This document shows, piece after piece, positions 18,085-26,528 of a stretch of DNA of 64,000 bases; the stretch's first letter is position 1; each line of letters starts with the position of its first letter. The translations under genes were made by a program, and so were the position numbers. The notes beneath the pieces were generated by a model that saw only the letters and a program-made list of their open reading frames with translations, ran no database searches and was not told the origin of the DNA. The stretch is from a bacterium (GTDB taxonomy: Bacteria; Patescibacteriota; Andersenbacteria; UBA10190; CAIZMI01), in the NCBI GenBank assembly GCA_030647555.1, contig JAUSJG010000027.1, positions 15,532 through 79,531 on the forward strand, read 5' to 3'.

Positions 18085-19182
18085 ATGATCGGACGAACAC
18101 CGGAAAATCTTCTTAAAGACCTTTTCGAGCATGTAATTAGTCGTAATGCGTCTGATTTGCACTTGTCGGTGGGGAGACCGCCCGTAATTCGTATCGATGG
18201 GAAACTTTTTTCGGTTCCGGAGGTTGGTGTGTTAACAAAAATTGATTTAAATGAGGTGTTTAAGGCGATTGGTGGAGAAGAAAGGGCCAAGAAATTTGAT
18301 CAAGGTCAACAAGAGGTGGATTTTGCCTTTGCGCATGAAAGCGGTTTCCGCTTCCGTGTTAATGTCTATTTAACTTCTCAGGCGATAACAATCGCCATGC
18401 GGACAATTCCTCGCGACATTCGTACCTTGGATGAATTAAGTCTTCCGCACGAATTAGAGCAGTTTGCAAAACCGTCGCAAGGTTTTGTTTTAATTACCGG
18501 CCCAACTGGACACGGAAAAACAACTACCATGACGGCGATTGTGAATATAATTAATCGATCGAAAGTTGCTCATGTTATTACTATTGAAGATCCTGTGGAA
18601 TATGTTTACGTGGAAGATAAATGCCTGATTCATCAACGGGAAATTGGTCGTGATACCGAATCATTCTCGCAGGCGCTGAAAATGGCTTTTCGTGAAGACC
18701 CGAATGTCGTAGTGGTTGGTGAAATGCGTGATTTGGATAGCATTGCTACGGCTTTAACTATCGCGGAAACCGGTCACATGGTGTTTGCCACTTTGCACAC
18801 CAACAATTCCGCGCAAACCATCGACCGTATCGTTGATGTTTTTCCTGTCGGGCAACAGGCCCAAATTAGAACGCAGTTGGCGGGAACATTAACAGGGATT
18901 GTTTCACAGCGGTTAGTGCCGGCCAAGAACGGTGGTCGCTTACCGGCAGTTGAATTGCTTTTGGCCACACCAGCCGTTCGAAACTTAATTCGTGAGGGTG
19001 AAACGGCGCAAATTCCAGGGGTAATTCAAACTAGCGCCTCCCAAGGGATGATTCCTTTGGAAAGATCACTTAAATCGTTGGTTGATCAGAACCTTGTAAC
19101 AGTAGAGGAAGCAATGGTTTTTGCTTCCGACCCGTCGCTTCTTGGGTATAGCGATTTTGCGATGGGCAGTTCTATGGTATAA
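18085..19182 (+). CDS. pilT: Twitching-motility/retraction ATPase PilT
   Basis: 365 aa. Walker A GPTGHGKTTT. PilT-type His box. No N-terminal GSPII_E_N extension. Confidence 0.9.
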   Translation: MIGRTPENLLKDLFEHVISRNASDLHLSVGRPPVIRIDGKLFSVPEVGVLTKIDLNEVFKAIGGEERAKKFDQGQQEVDFAFAHESGFRFRVNVYLTSQAITIAMRTIPRDIRTLDELSLPHELEQFAKPSQGFVLITGPTGHGKTTTMTAIVNIINRSKVAHVITIEDPVEYVYVEDKCLIHQREIGRDTESFSQALKMAFREDPNVVVVGEMRDLDSIATALTIAETGHMVFATLHTNNSAQTIDRIVDVFPVGQQAQIRTQLAGTLTGIVSQRLVPAKNGGRLPAVELLLATPAVRNLIREGETAQIPGVIQTSASQGMIPLERSLKSLVDQNLVTVEEAMVFASDPSLLGYSDFAMGSSMV

Positions 19183-19205
19183 TTTAGTCACACAAATAAA
19201 CACAC

Positions 19206-20414
19206 ATGGCGGACTATCAATATCGCGTACGTAATCGGCAGGGAAACATTTCACGGGGTGTTATTAAAGCATCATCGGAAGAAGAGGCTGTTGAGATGTT
19301 GGGACAACACGGGCTCGTGCCGATTGAAATCCGTGATTCTAAAGATACATCTTTTTTCAGCAAAGAATTAACACTCAAAAACGTATCGGTGCGCGATCGC
19401 GCGATATTCTCGCGTCAATTGGCGACGATGATTTCTTCCGGTATTCCTATTTTACAGGCCCTGCGTATTCTGGTTTCTCAAACGGAAAATTCCAAGCTCG
19501 CCGATATTTTGAGAGAAGCTACATACGATATTGAAGGCGGGGAATCGTTGAGCAATGCGTTAGAAAAATATCCGCACCAATTTTCTGAATTCTTTATTAG
19601 TATGGTACGCAGTGGCGAGCAAAGTGGACGCGTGGCGGAGGCGTTGGAACGATTGGCAGACAACGAGGAAAGGAACTATTCCCTTATTAGCAAAGTGAGA
19701 GGCGCTCTGATTTATCCCGCCTTCGTTATTTCCGCCATGCTGGTAATGGGTCTATTGATGGTGGTGTTTGTTATTCCGCAATTAACGGGGCTGTTTGATC
19801 AGTCGGATGTTGAATTGCCGTTTATCACAAAAGTATTGATGGGAAGTTCCACGGTCATTGGGACTTATTGGTGGTTTATTCTGCTTTTTATAATCGTTGC
19901 AGGTGTTTTAATTTCGTTCTATGTGCGTACAACGGAGGGTAGGTATAATATGCACGCGATAATGTTGCGATTGCCAATTGCCGGTCGGTTACTTCAGAAA
20001 ATGTACCTCGCGCAGTTTACCGGAGCGATGGAAGTGCTGGTGAAAAGTGAAATTCCCGTGGTGCAGGCCTTGATGGTGGCGCGTGATATCATGGGTAATA
20101 AAATTTATCGTCAAATCATTGACGAAACGGCCGAAGAGGTTAAAAACGGTTCAACCATTTCTTCTGCTTTTGAAAAATATCCGGAAATTCCAATGATGGT
20201 TTCGCAGATGATCAGTGTTGGTGAGCGTAGCGGTGAATTGGGCAAGTCTTTAAGTTCCGTGAATCGTTTTTATCAAAGAGAAGTGAACGATGCTGTGCAA
20301 AACATAACGCAATTAATTGAACCGGTTGTTATCGTAGTTCTTGGTGTTGGTGTGGCCGTAATGATTATGGCGGTGTTGATGCCAATTTATCAGTTGGTAA
20401 ATGTGATACAATGA
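19206..20414 (+). CDS. pilC: Type IV pilus platform protein PilC (two T2SS-F domains)
   Basis: 402 aa. Duplicated T2SSF-type helical domains, three TM segments. Confidence 0.85.
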   Translation: MADYQYRVRNRQGNISRGVIKASSEEEAVEMLGQHGLVPIEIRDSKDTSFFSKELTLKNVSVRDRAIFSRQLATMISSGIPILQALRILVSQTENSKLADILREATYDIEGGESLSNALEKYPHQFSEFFISMVRSGEQSGRVAEALERLADNEERNYSLISKVRGALIYPAFVISAMLVMGLLMVVFVIPQLTGLFDQSDVELPFITKVLMGSSTVIGTYWWFILLFIIVAGVLISFYVRTTEGRYNMHAIMLRLPIAGRLLQKMYLAQFTGAMEVLVKSEIPVVQALMVARDIMGNKIYRQIIDETAEEVKNGSTISSAFEKYPEIPMMVSQMISVGERSGELGKSLSSVNRFYQREVNDAVQNITQLIEPVVIVVLGVGVAVMIMAVLMPIYQLVNVIQ

Positions 20415-20507
20415 GGGTAGCTTTTAGGTTAATTTTGAACTTAGAAGCAAGATGGGCCTTGAAGAATAACTGGTTTATTTACGCCCAAAATTACCAATGT
20501 CCAATTA

Positions 20508-20541
20508 CCAATTTCCAATGAAATTTCAAATTCCAAAAACG
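20508..20541. promoter_or_regulatory. CCAATTTCCAA...CCAATGAAAT motif upstream of the pilin gene (also at 48612-48637 and 59351-59394)
   Basis: Three copies, each in the 5' region of a plus-strand gene. Confidence 0.35.
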
Positions 20542-20645
20542 TCGTCTTTGCGCCTGCCGGCCGTAGCTTTAGCGAAGGCTGGAGCCAATCTCCTGAACTT
20601 TCGTATTGAAAACATTACTATTTTATCGAGAGGAGGTGATCGCGT

Positions 20646-21056
20646 GTGAAAAAGTTAAATAACAAAGGTTTTACCCTCATCGAATTGTTGGTTGTTATTG
20701 CGATCATCGGATTGCTAGCATCAATGGTTTTGGTGGCGGTATCAACAGCAAGAGCAAAGGCGAAGGATGCCCGCGTTAAAGCTGATGTTCAACAAATTAG
20801 GGTTCTTGCGGAAGCTTCGGCGAGTGATTCTGGTTCTTACTCAGACACGACTAGTTGGCCTACAGCAGCACAAACATCTTACGGAACACTTTCTGGTGAT
20901 ATTGGATCTCAAGGAGGTACGGTTACAAAAAATGTTAATGGAACAACCTCGTTCTGTATTAGTTCAACTTTGCCATCTGATAGTACTAAGAGTTTTTGTT
21001 TGGCGACTACAGGCAAAACTGGTACCGTTGCGTGTGGAACAGGAGATTGTCCGTAA
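20646..21056 (+). CDS. pilA: Type IV (major) pilin, class-III signal peptide (GTG start)
   Basis: 136 aa. KG|FTLIELLVVIAIIGLLA prepilin cleavage/N-methylation motif. AGGAGG Shine-Dalgarno 8 nt upstream. Confidence 0.85.
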   Translation: MKKLNNKGFTLIELLVVIAIIGLLASMVLVAVSTARAKAKDARVKADVQQIRVLAEASASDSGSYSDTTSWPTAAQTSYGTLSGDIGSQGGTVTKNVNGTTSFCISSTLPSDSTKSFCLATTGKTGTVACGTGDCP

Positions 21057-21060
21057 AGAT

Positions 21061-21145
21061 ACAAATGGAAAAAAACAACGCGGAAAATCCCGCGTTGTTT
21101 TGTATTGTAGTTTTCCCCGACTTCGTGCCTACTCTCTGTTTAGTT
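21061..21145. repeat. 85-bp module containing a bidirectional rho-independent terminator (copy 1, terminates pilin gene)
   Basis: aaaaaaacaacgcggaaaatcccgcgttgtttt hairpin with flanking A-run and T-run. Identical 85-mer at 21432-21516. Confidence 0.65.
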
Positions 21146-21431
21146 CCCGACTTCGGAGGTGTTTGACATAACAATAAAATATGATTTATTAATCAGCTTG
21201 CATTGGCCAATTATGTGATTTTCAACATATGAAAAAACGCACTAACGCGACGTTTTTTTCACTTTTTTGTCTTTGACAAATTCTAAAATATTTAACTTAA
21301 TAATTAGCTTATACTAGCTAATTATTTTTGATTTACACCAGTAAAAAACTTTTTTCAAAGGATTGCAAAAAATTGTTTTATTTTCGTACATGAGTGTTTA
21401 TAAAGAAACGCACTAAACCTCCGAACTCAGG

Positions 21432-21516
21432 ACAAATGGAAAAAAACAACGCGGAAAATCCCGCGTTGTTTTGTATTGTAGTTTTCCCCGACTTCGTGCC
21501 TACTCTCTGTTTAGTT
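21432..21516. repeat. Second identical copy of the 85-bp terminator module, abutting the stop codon of the minus-strand GT-C gene
   Basis: Exact 85/85 identity with 21061-21145. Confidence 0.65.
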
Positions 21517-22739
21517 TATAGGTGGGTTTGTGTTGATTTTTTTTCTAGTGATGCCGTAACAAATATTAAGACGATAATGTAAAAGATAATTATTCGGGAG
21601 AACCATAGCGCAAGGTTGCTAAACGATGGGACAAACAGCGCAAGTAATTGTAATGGCAGGATTGTAAATAACGCGAGATAAAAAATTTGTCGGGCATATA
21701 AATTAAATTTGATAAACAATTTTTCATACAAAATATCCATCGTAAACAGCGAAAGAAAGATGTGCAGAATAAAAATTATTTGATAAAAGAACCGTAAATT
21801 ATTCATTGATGATTTTAAGAGCAAGACCGTTGTTACACTTATGGTTAAAAATAAGGCCATTAGAAACAGTCTTGGAATTGTTAATTTATGCTTTAAGGTA
21901 ATGAGGAAAGAAAGAGAAATAAACGCGATAAAGGTAAGCGGTGCGTCTAAAATGAAACTGCTAAAAGTCACTTCTCGAAAATAGTAGGCGGGTATAATGT
22001 TTGTAGCGATATCGGTATCGATTAAGCTTGTAGTTCCCAAAAGTGATGAGCTCAAGAACGAAAAAGGGGAGTGCCAAAGATAGGGATCGGTTAGAAAAAA
22101 TACAGCAATAGCAATTATTGCTAGAATAATCATGTTTTTGAATGAGTGATAATACCAGATCAGAACGGGTATAAATACGGCCAGCATTAGGGTCATATGG
22201 ATTCTCGAAGCAAGTGCTAGCCCAATGCAAACACCAATGAATAAGGTGTCTAATGGGAGTGTTTTTCTTTCTTTAACGTGATAAAGCGTGATAATCCAGG
22301 CTAATCCAAGCAATTTAGCGGTGATTATATCGGAAGGGTTGGTGAAAAGCGCATAGTCGCTACCCAGTAAAATTGCAATCCAAACAAGCCACCAGAGATT
22401 GTTTCTGTATATTTTAAAAACATAGAAAAGGATAAAAAACGTCGCAAAAGAGTCTATAATTACACACGCTAAGCGAATACTGCGCAGTGGTGAAAACAGA
22501 TTTGAAGGAAAAAGATTTGATACCAACAAAGGAAATGTTCCCGGGTGCGTGGAATGGATACTCGGATTAAAGTCGAAACTATGCGTCCGCAGGTCGTTTA
22601 CTAGTTGGATTTTCTTTCCAACCCAGTAGCCCCCGTCAGCAATACCTGCGGTATTCCAAAGAAAAAGAGAAATTAAAAATATAGCCAGAAAGATGATGGG
22701 AAAGCAACGAATGGGGTTTATTTGGCTAATTTTGTACAT
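21516..22739 (-). CDS. Polytopic membrane protein, GT-C-fold glycosyltransferase-like (ArnT/PMT/O-antigen-ligase-like); candidate pilin glycosyltransferase
   Basis: 407 aa, at least 10 predicted TM helices. Periplasmic loops with Asp-rich motif near the N-terminus. Function inferred from topology and location between the two pilin genes. Confidence 0.45.
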   Translation of the reverse strand: MYKISQINPIRCFPIIFLAIFLISLFLWNTAGIADGGYWVGKKIQLVNDLRTHSFDFNPSIHSTHPGTFPLLVSNLFPSNLFSPLRSIRLACVIIDSFATFFILFYVFKIYRNNLWWLVWIAILLGSDYALFTNPSDIITAKLLGLAWIITLYHVKERKTLPLDTLFIGVCIGLALASRIHMTLMLAVFIPVLIWYYHSFKNMIILAIIAIAVFFLTDPYLWHSPFSFLSSSLLGTTSLIDTDIATNIIPAYYFREVTFSSFILDAPLTFIAFISLSFLITLKHKLTIPRLFLMALFLTISVTTVLLLKSSMNNLRFFYQIIFILHIFLSLFTMDILYEKLFIKFNLYARQIFYLALFTILPLQLLALFVPSFSNLALWFSRIIIFYIIVLIFVTASLEKKSTQTHL

Positions 22740-22886
22740 TAGGGCTTATTTTGTGGATTTATTATTTTATTTAGCTAGTAAAGTGTAAGGTACAGATTTT
22801 GGTTATGAACCGCAACTATAGGTTGTATTGTGTGCTATAATTAAAAAAGTGATTAATGGGGGGATAATTCTTATTAGCGAATCTAA

Positions 22887-23324
22887 ATGAAAATAAATAC
22901 ACAGAAAAACAAAAAAGGGTTTACGATGATAGAGTTGTTGGTTGTAATATCGGTGATTGCTTTACTTGTCGCCCTCGTGCTTGTTGCAGTCTCAATGGCT
23001 AGGGTGAAGGCAAATAATTCTCGGATTAAGGGCGATATGGACCAGTTGCGGAAGCAAGCAGAAGTGATATACGTAGCAAATGGAATGACAACATATTGTA
23101 AGGGCGTAGTTGCGGGGGATTGTTTTAGTAATGGTCAGAACCCTCAGGTAATTTTGCTTCGTGATGATATTGTGAAAAGAAGTTATGCTGCAGCTTATCC
23201 AAATCTGATCGCAAATGATATTGGATATTGCATTTCATCAAAAATGGCAAATAATAATAGGCTTTGTTATGATTCTTCGGGCAAACAAACGACGGGTATG
23301 TGTTCGGGCATCGTGTGCCAATAA
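22887..23324 (+). CDS. Second type IV pilin (class-III signal peptide)
   Basis: 145 aa. KKG|FTMIELLVVISVIALLVALV. C-terminal cysteines (CYDSSGKQTTGMCSGIVC) suggest a disulfide-bonded loop. Confidence 0.85.
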   Translation: MKINTQKNKKGFTMIELLVVISVIALLVALVLVAVSMARVKANNSRIKGDMDQLRKQAEVIYVANGMTTYCKGVVAGDCFSNGQNPQVILLRDDIVKRSYAAAYPNLIANDIGYCISSKMANNNRLCYDSSGKQTTGMCSGIVCQ

Positions 23325-24079
23325 TGTTGGTAGTAATTGTTGGGGTTGCCCTTATCATTGGTAGTTTTTTGACGGTCGCTTCGGAAGACCCGGATGGGTT
23401 TGATTGGTTGACGCGAAAACGGTCGAAATGCATGGAATGTGGGCATGTTTTGGATTTTTATGATCTTTTTCCGGTTTTTAGTTACTTGTGGTTGAAGGGA
23501 AAATGTCGCTATTGTGGAAAACTTATTGCTCCATATCATTTGATCACCGAATTAACGACTGTTTTCGTTTTTGTATTAGCTTATTTAGTTACTCCGAAAC
23601 CGCTACAAATAGGTTTTGTTTTTTTGTTAGTGATGCTGACACTATTATTGGTGCTTACTTTAACAGATCTGAAGTTTTGGACGCTACCGGATATCTTCGT
23701 CGGTCTATTGGCGCTTGTTGGTATTATTCGCGCCATAGTTATACACAGGCCGGATATAAAAGACTGTCTGGCGGGTGCGGTTGTGGGTTTTTTGTTGCTC
23801 GGTGGTATTCACTATTTTTCAAAAGGGAAGGCAATGGGCTTTGGGGACGTAAAACTGGCCGCCGCCATGGGGGTTGTACTGGGACTAGGACAAGTTGTTC
23901 TGGCCTTAATGATTGCTTTTGTCTTGGGAGGCATTGTTGGCGCTGTGCTTATGGCTCTAAAGAAGGCAACCGCAAAAAGCATGGTGCCGTTTGGGCCGTT
24001 TCTCACAATTGCAACGGCACTATTGTTGTTATTTCCACAGTTATATGGACGTATTCTTCTTTTTTACGGTCTGATGTAA
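23300..24079 (+). CDS. pilD: Prepilin peptidase PilD (A24 family); likely true start at the ATG at 23324 overlapping the pilin stop (TAATG)
   Basis: 259 aa. CMECGHVL...CRYCGK tetracysteine zinc motif. Multiple TM helices. Conserved catalytic Asp residues context. Confidence 0.85.
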   Translation: MFGHRVPIMLVVIVGVALIIGSFLTVASEDPDGFDWLTRKRSKCMECGHVLDFYDLFPVFSYLWLKGKCRYCGKLIAPYHLITELTTVFVFVLAYLVTPKPLQIGFVFLLVMLTLLLVLTLTDLKFWTLPDIFVGLLALVGIIRAIVIHRPDIKDCLAGAVVGFLLLGGIHYFSKGKAMGFGDVKLAAAMGVVLGLGQVVLALMIAFVLGGIVGAVLMALKKATAKSMVPFGPFLTIATALLLLFPQLYGRILLFYGLM

Positions 24080-24094
24080 GATATAGACAGACAC

Positions 24095-24715
24095 ATGTTA
24101 CGGCAAAAACAAACAATAACTAAAAATTCCGGCTTTACGCTGATTGAAGCCATTGTGACGATAATAATAATGTTGTTATTAATGGGTATTCTTTTATCCG
24201 GTTATAGTCAGGCCAAACAGCGTTTCTTGGTACGTGATTCAGCTCAACAGTTTGCCGATGTAATTAGGCAGACAATCGCTGACACAAAAAACGGCATAAG
24301 GGTTGTACCCGTTGCACCCATTACTTGTGTGCCTGACACCTCAAACCCTGCTACCGCAGATTATCGTCAATGTTCTAATTATAAAATAAGAGCCACCTCA
24401 GTGGATGACGCAGGTGTTACATTTAATAAATATGATAAATATGTAATAGGTACGGGAGTAAAGTACGCAAATGATCCAATGAATCATCCGTTGCTGGTTG
24501 GGACGGCTTTTTTGGGGGAATTAAATCTTGATTTTACTTATTCTACCGGGACATTTCCGCTTGTATCTATTGGTATGACGGGTAATGGTGGTAGTGTTAC
24601 GTCGAACGAGACAATTCAGCTGACGATAATAAGCTTGAGCGATGGAAATATAAAAACTAATATTTGTATTATGAAGTCAGGTTCTGTGTTGGTTCAAGCA
24701 GATCCTTGTAACTAG
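24095..24715 (+). CDS. Minor pilin / pseudopilin with prepilin-type N-terminus
   Basis: 206 aa. NSG|FTLIEAIVTIIIMLLL. Confidence 0.75.
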   Translation: MLRQKQTITKNSGFTLIEAIVTIIIMLLLMGILLSGYSQAKQRFLVRDSAQQFADVIRQTIADTKNGIRVVPVAPITCVPDTSNPATADYRQCSNYKIRATSVDDAGVTFNKYDKYVIGTGVKYANDPMNHPLLVGTAFLGELNLDFTYSTGTFPLVSIGMTGNGGSVTSNETIQLTIISLSDGNIKTNICIMKSGSVLVQADPCN

Positions 24716-24723
24716 AAAAATTT

Positions 24724-25440
24724 ATGAAAAAATATAAATTTTTAAAATCAAACATAAAACAGAGAGGGTTTTCCTTGGTTGGTGTTTTGGTGGCGGCATT
24801 TATCGCGCTCCTTGTTCTTACGGCGCTTCTTTCAATGCTTTCGCAAATTTTAGCACTGGGAAGGGTTTCTAAAAACAAGTTCGTGGCCGTCAATCTGGCA
24901 AAAGAAGGGATTGAGCTGGTTCGCAATATGCGAGACAGTAACTGGTTGTATTATCCAGTCGTGAGTGGGACATCGGTACAAGCGATGCAATGGCGGGGAT
25001 GTCAAGGTGGTGGTACTGCTACAGATTGCGTGAAATTAAAAAGTTTGTGCAATGGGGGGCCATATACAGTCGATGCTTTGGATGATGACCTTATTTTGAA
25101 AAGTGCCCCCAACCTCACCGATAGAGAGTTGAAACAGGTTACTTATGGAGGGGCAAAAGTGTTTACACATCAAGCAGGTGGCACTACTAACCCCATCTTT
25201 AGTCGGTCAATAACAATTGGTTCGGCGGACATAGAACCCTCTGAATTGTCTGAAGATTATTTACCAGTCTTGCTTGGTTGTGGCGAAACGGCTGATTTCT
25301 CGAGCACTAATTCTTTAAAAATAAAACCAAGAGGTATTGTTGTTACTTCGAGGGTTGAGTGGCTTGAACCGGGGACTGGCACACCTAAGAATGTCGAGTT
25401 GACGGGAATTTTATATGATTGGTTAACACAAAGGCCATGA
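24724..25440 (+). CDS. Minor pilin-like protein (PilV/PilW-like N-terminus)
   Basis: 238 aa. QRG|FSLVGVLVAAFIALLVL. Confidence 0.6.
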   Translation: MKKYKFLKSNIKQRGFSLVGVLVAAFIALLVLTALLSMLSQILALGRVSKNKFVAVNLAKEGIELVRNMRDSNWLYYPVVSGTSVQAMQWRGCQGGGTATDCVKLKSLCNGGPYTVDALDDDLILKSAPNLTDRELKQVTYGGAKVFTHQAGGTTNPIFSRSITIGSADIEPSELSEDYLPVLLGCGETADFSSTNSLKIKPRGIVVTSRVEWLEPGTGTPKNVELTGILYDWLTQRP

Positions 25441-26045
25441 GGTATCAAGAAAAAAATAGCGGTTTTTCGTTGATTGAATTAATGGTGGCCGGTTCAATCT
25501 TTATACTTGTCTTGGGCTTTGTGGGTGGAATATTTTCAATGTTTGTTAGTCGACAGAAGCAACAGGTTGATACACAGTTACTACAGCAGGAAGTGCAGAA
25601 CTTTTTGGAAGTTATCGAACGTGACGTTAGGACAGCGTACGGAGAAAAGTTTAATGATCCGAATGCATCATCAAATCAATCGATTTCATTTATGAATCAA
25701 GAGCAAAAGTTTACGCTCCCTGTTAGTGAGCGAGTTGAACATCAATATTCTTTAAAGACCGATATGGTCGAAAATTGGATAGGGCGAGTATATTATAATG
25801 ACGGCAGTGGATCATTATCTATGCCTATTCCTATTACATCCGATAAAATTAATGTAACAAACCTAGAGTTCAAATGGAATAAAGGGAAGTTCGCGACAGA
25901 CAGTAGTGGTAACCATTATCTAACCGGAGTTCCTTTACGGCTAACTATCGCGCTTGAGGTGTGTAGACGAGATGATCTAACCTCGTGCCTGCAAACTCAG
26001 GCCACGATTGCTTCTCGTCAAACTAAGCCGATAGATGAAAAATAA
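25437..26045 (+). CDS. Minor pilin with prepilin-type N-terminus (start chosen at ATG overlapping upstream stop, ATGA; longest ORF would start 25419)
   Basis: NSG|FSLIELMVAGSIFILVL. Confidence 0.7.
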   Translation: MRYQEKNSGFSLIELMVAGSIFILVLGFVGGIFSMFVSRQKQQVDTQLLQQEVQNFLEVIERDVRTAYGEKFNDPNASSNQSISFMNQEQKFTLPVSERVEHQYSLKTDMVENWIGRVYYNDGSGSLSMPIPITSDKINVTNLEFKWNKGKFATDSSGNHYLTGVPLRLTIALEVCRRDDLTSCLQTQATIASRQTKPIDEK

Positions 26046-26491
26046 TGCTTAAATATATTTTACAAAAAAACAACAATAAGGGGGAAGTGGCGCTAATTTA
26101 TGTTTTCATTATTTTGTCGATACTGATTGTAAGCGCATTTACTCTTTCCGCGATCGCTATAAGTACAATTAAGGGGTCCGGGACCGCCGAATATGTTGCC
26201 CGTGCTCAAGTCGCCTCCGACAGTTATCTTGAAAAAGCGATGTTTCAATTTCATTGGTCAAAACTCACAGACAGTCGATGCTTGAATACGGTAACACCCG
26301 TTGACGGTGATGGCACGAAGGTTACTGTAATGGTGGACAATGGTGAAAAAGGAGTGTGCCCATCGCTTGATGGTGTTGTTACAAAAAAAGATGAAAAGCT
26401 CTGTGTGTATTCATTTGCTGAAAATCACGGCGTTCAGAAAAAGGGATCGGCCGGAGCGGGTGACCCTACAAAGGGTTGCGAAGTGAGATAG
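26045..26491 (+). CDS. Pilus-associated hypothetical protein with N-terminal hydrophobic helix (PilX-like?)
   Basis: 148 aa. TAATG coupling to upstream gene. N-terminal membrane helix. Several cysteines. Confidence 0.4.
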   Translation: MLKYILQKNNNKGEVALIYVFIILSILIVSAFTLSAIAISTIKGSGTAEYVARAQVASDSYLEKAMFQFHWSKLTDSRCLNTVTPVDGDGTKVTVMVDNGEKGVCPSLDGVVTKKDEKLCVYSFAENHGVQKKGSAGAGDPTKGCEVR

Positions 26492-26528
26492 GATTTGAGA
26501 GATCTTAGCTACTGCTAAAAGGTCCAGC

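Noticed and set aside
20767-21171. 134-aa plus-strand ORF overlapping the pilin gene in another frame
   Set aside because: Overlaps the strongly supported prepilin ORF and extends through the terminator repeat. No RBS or motif support.
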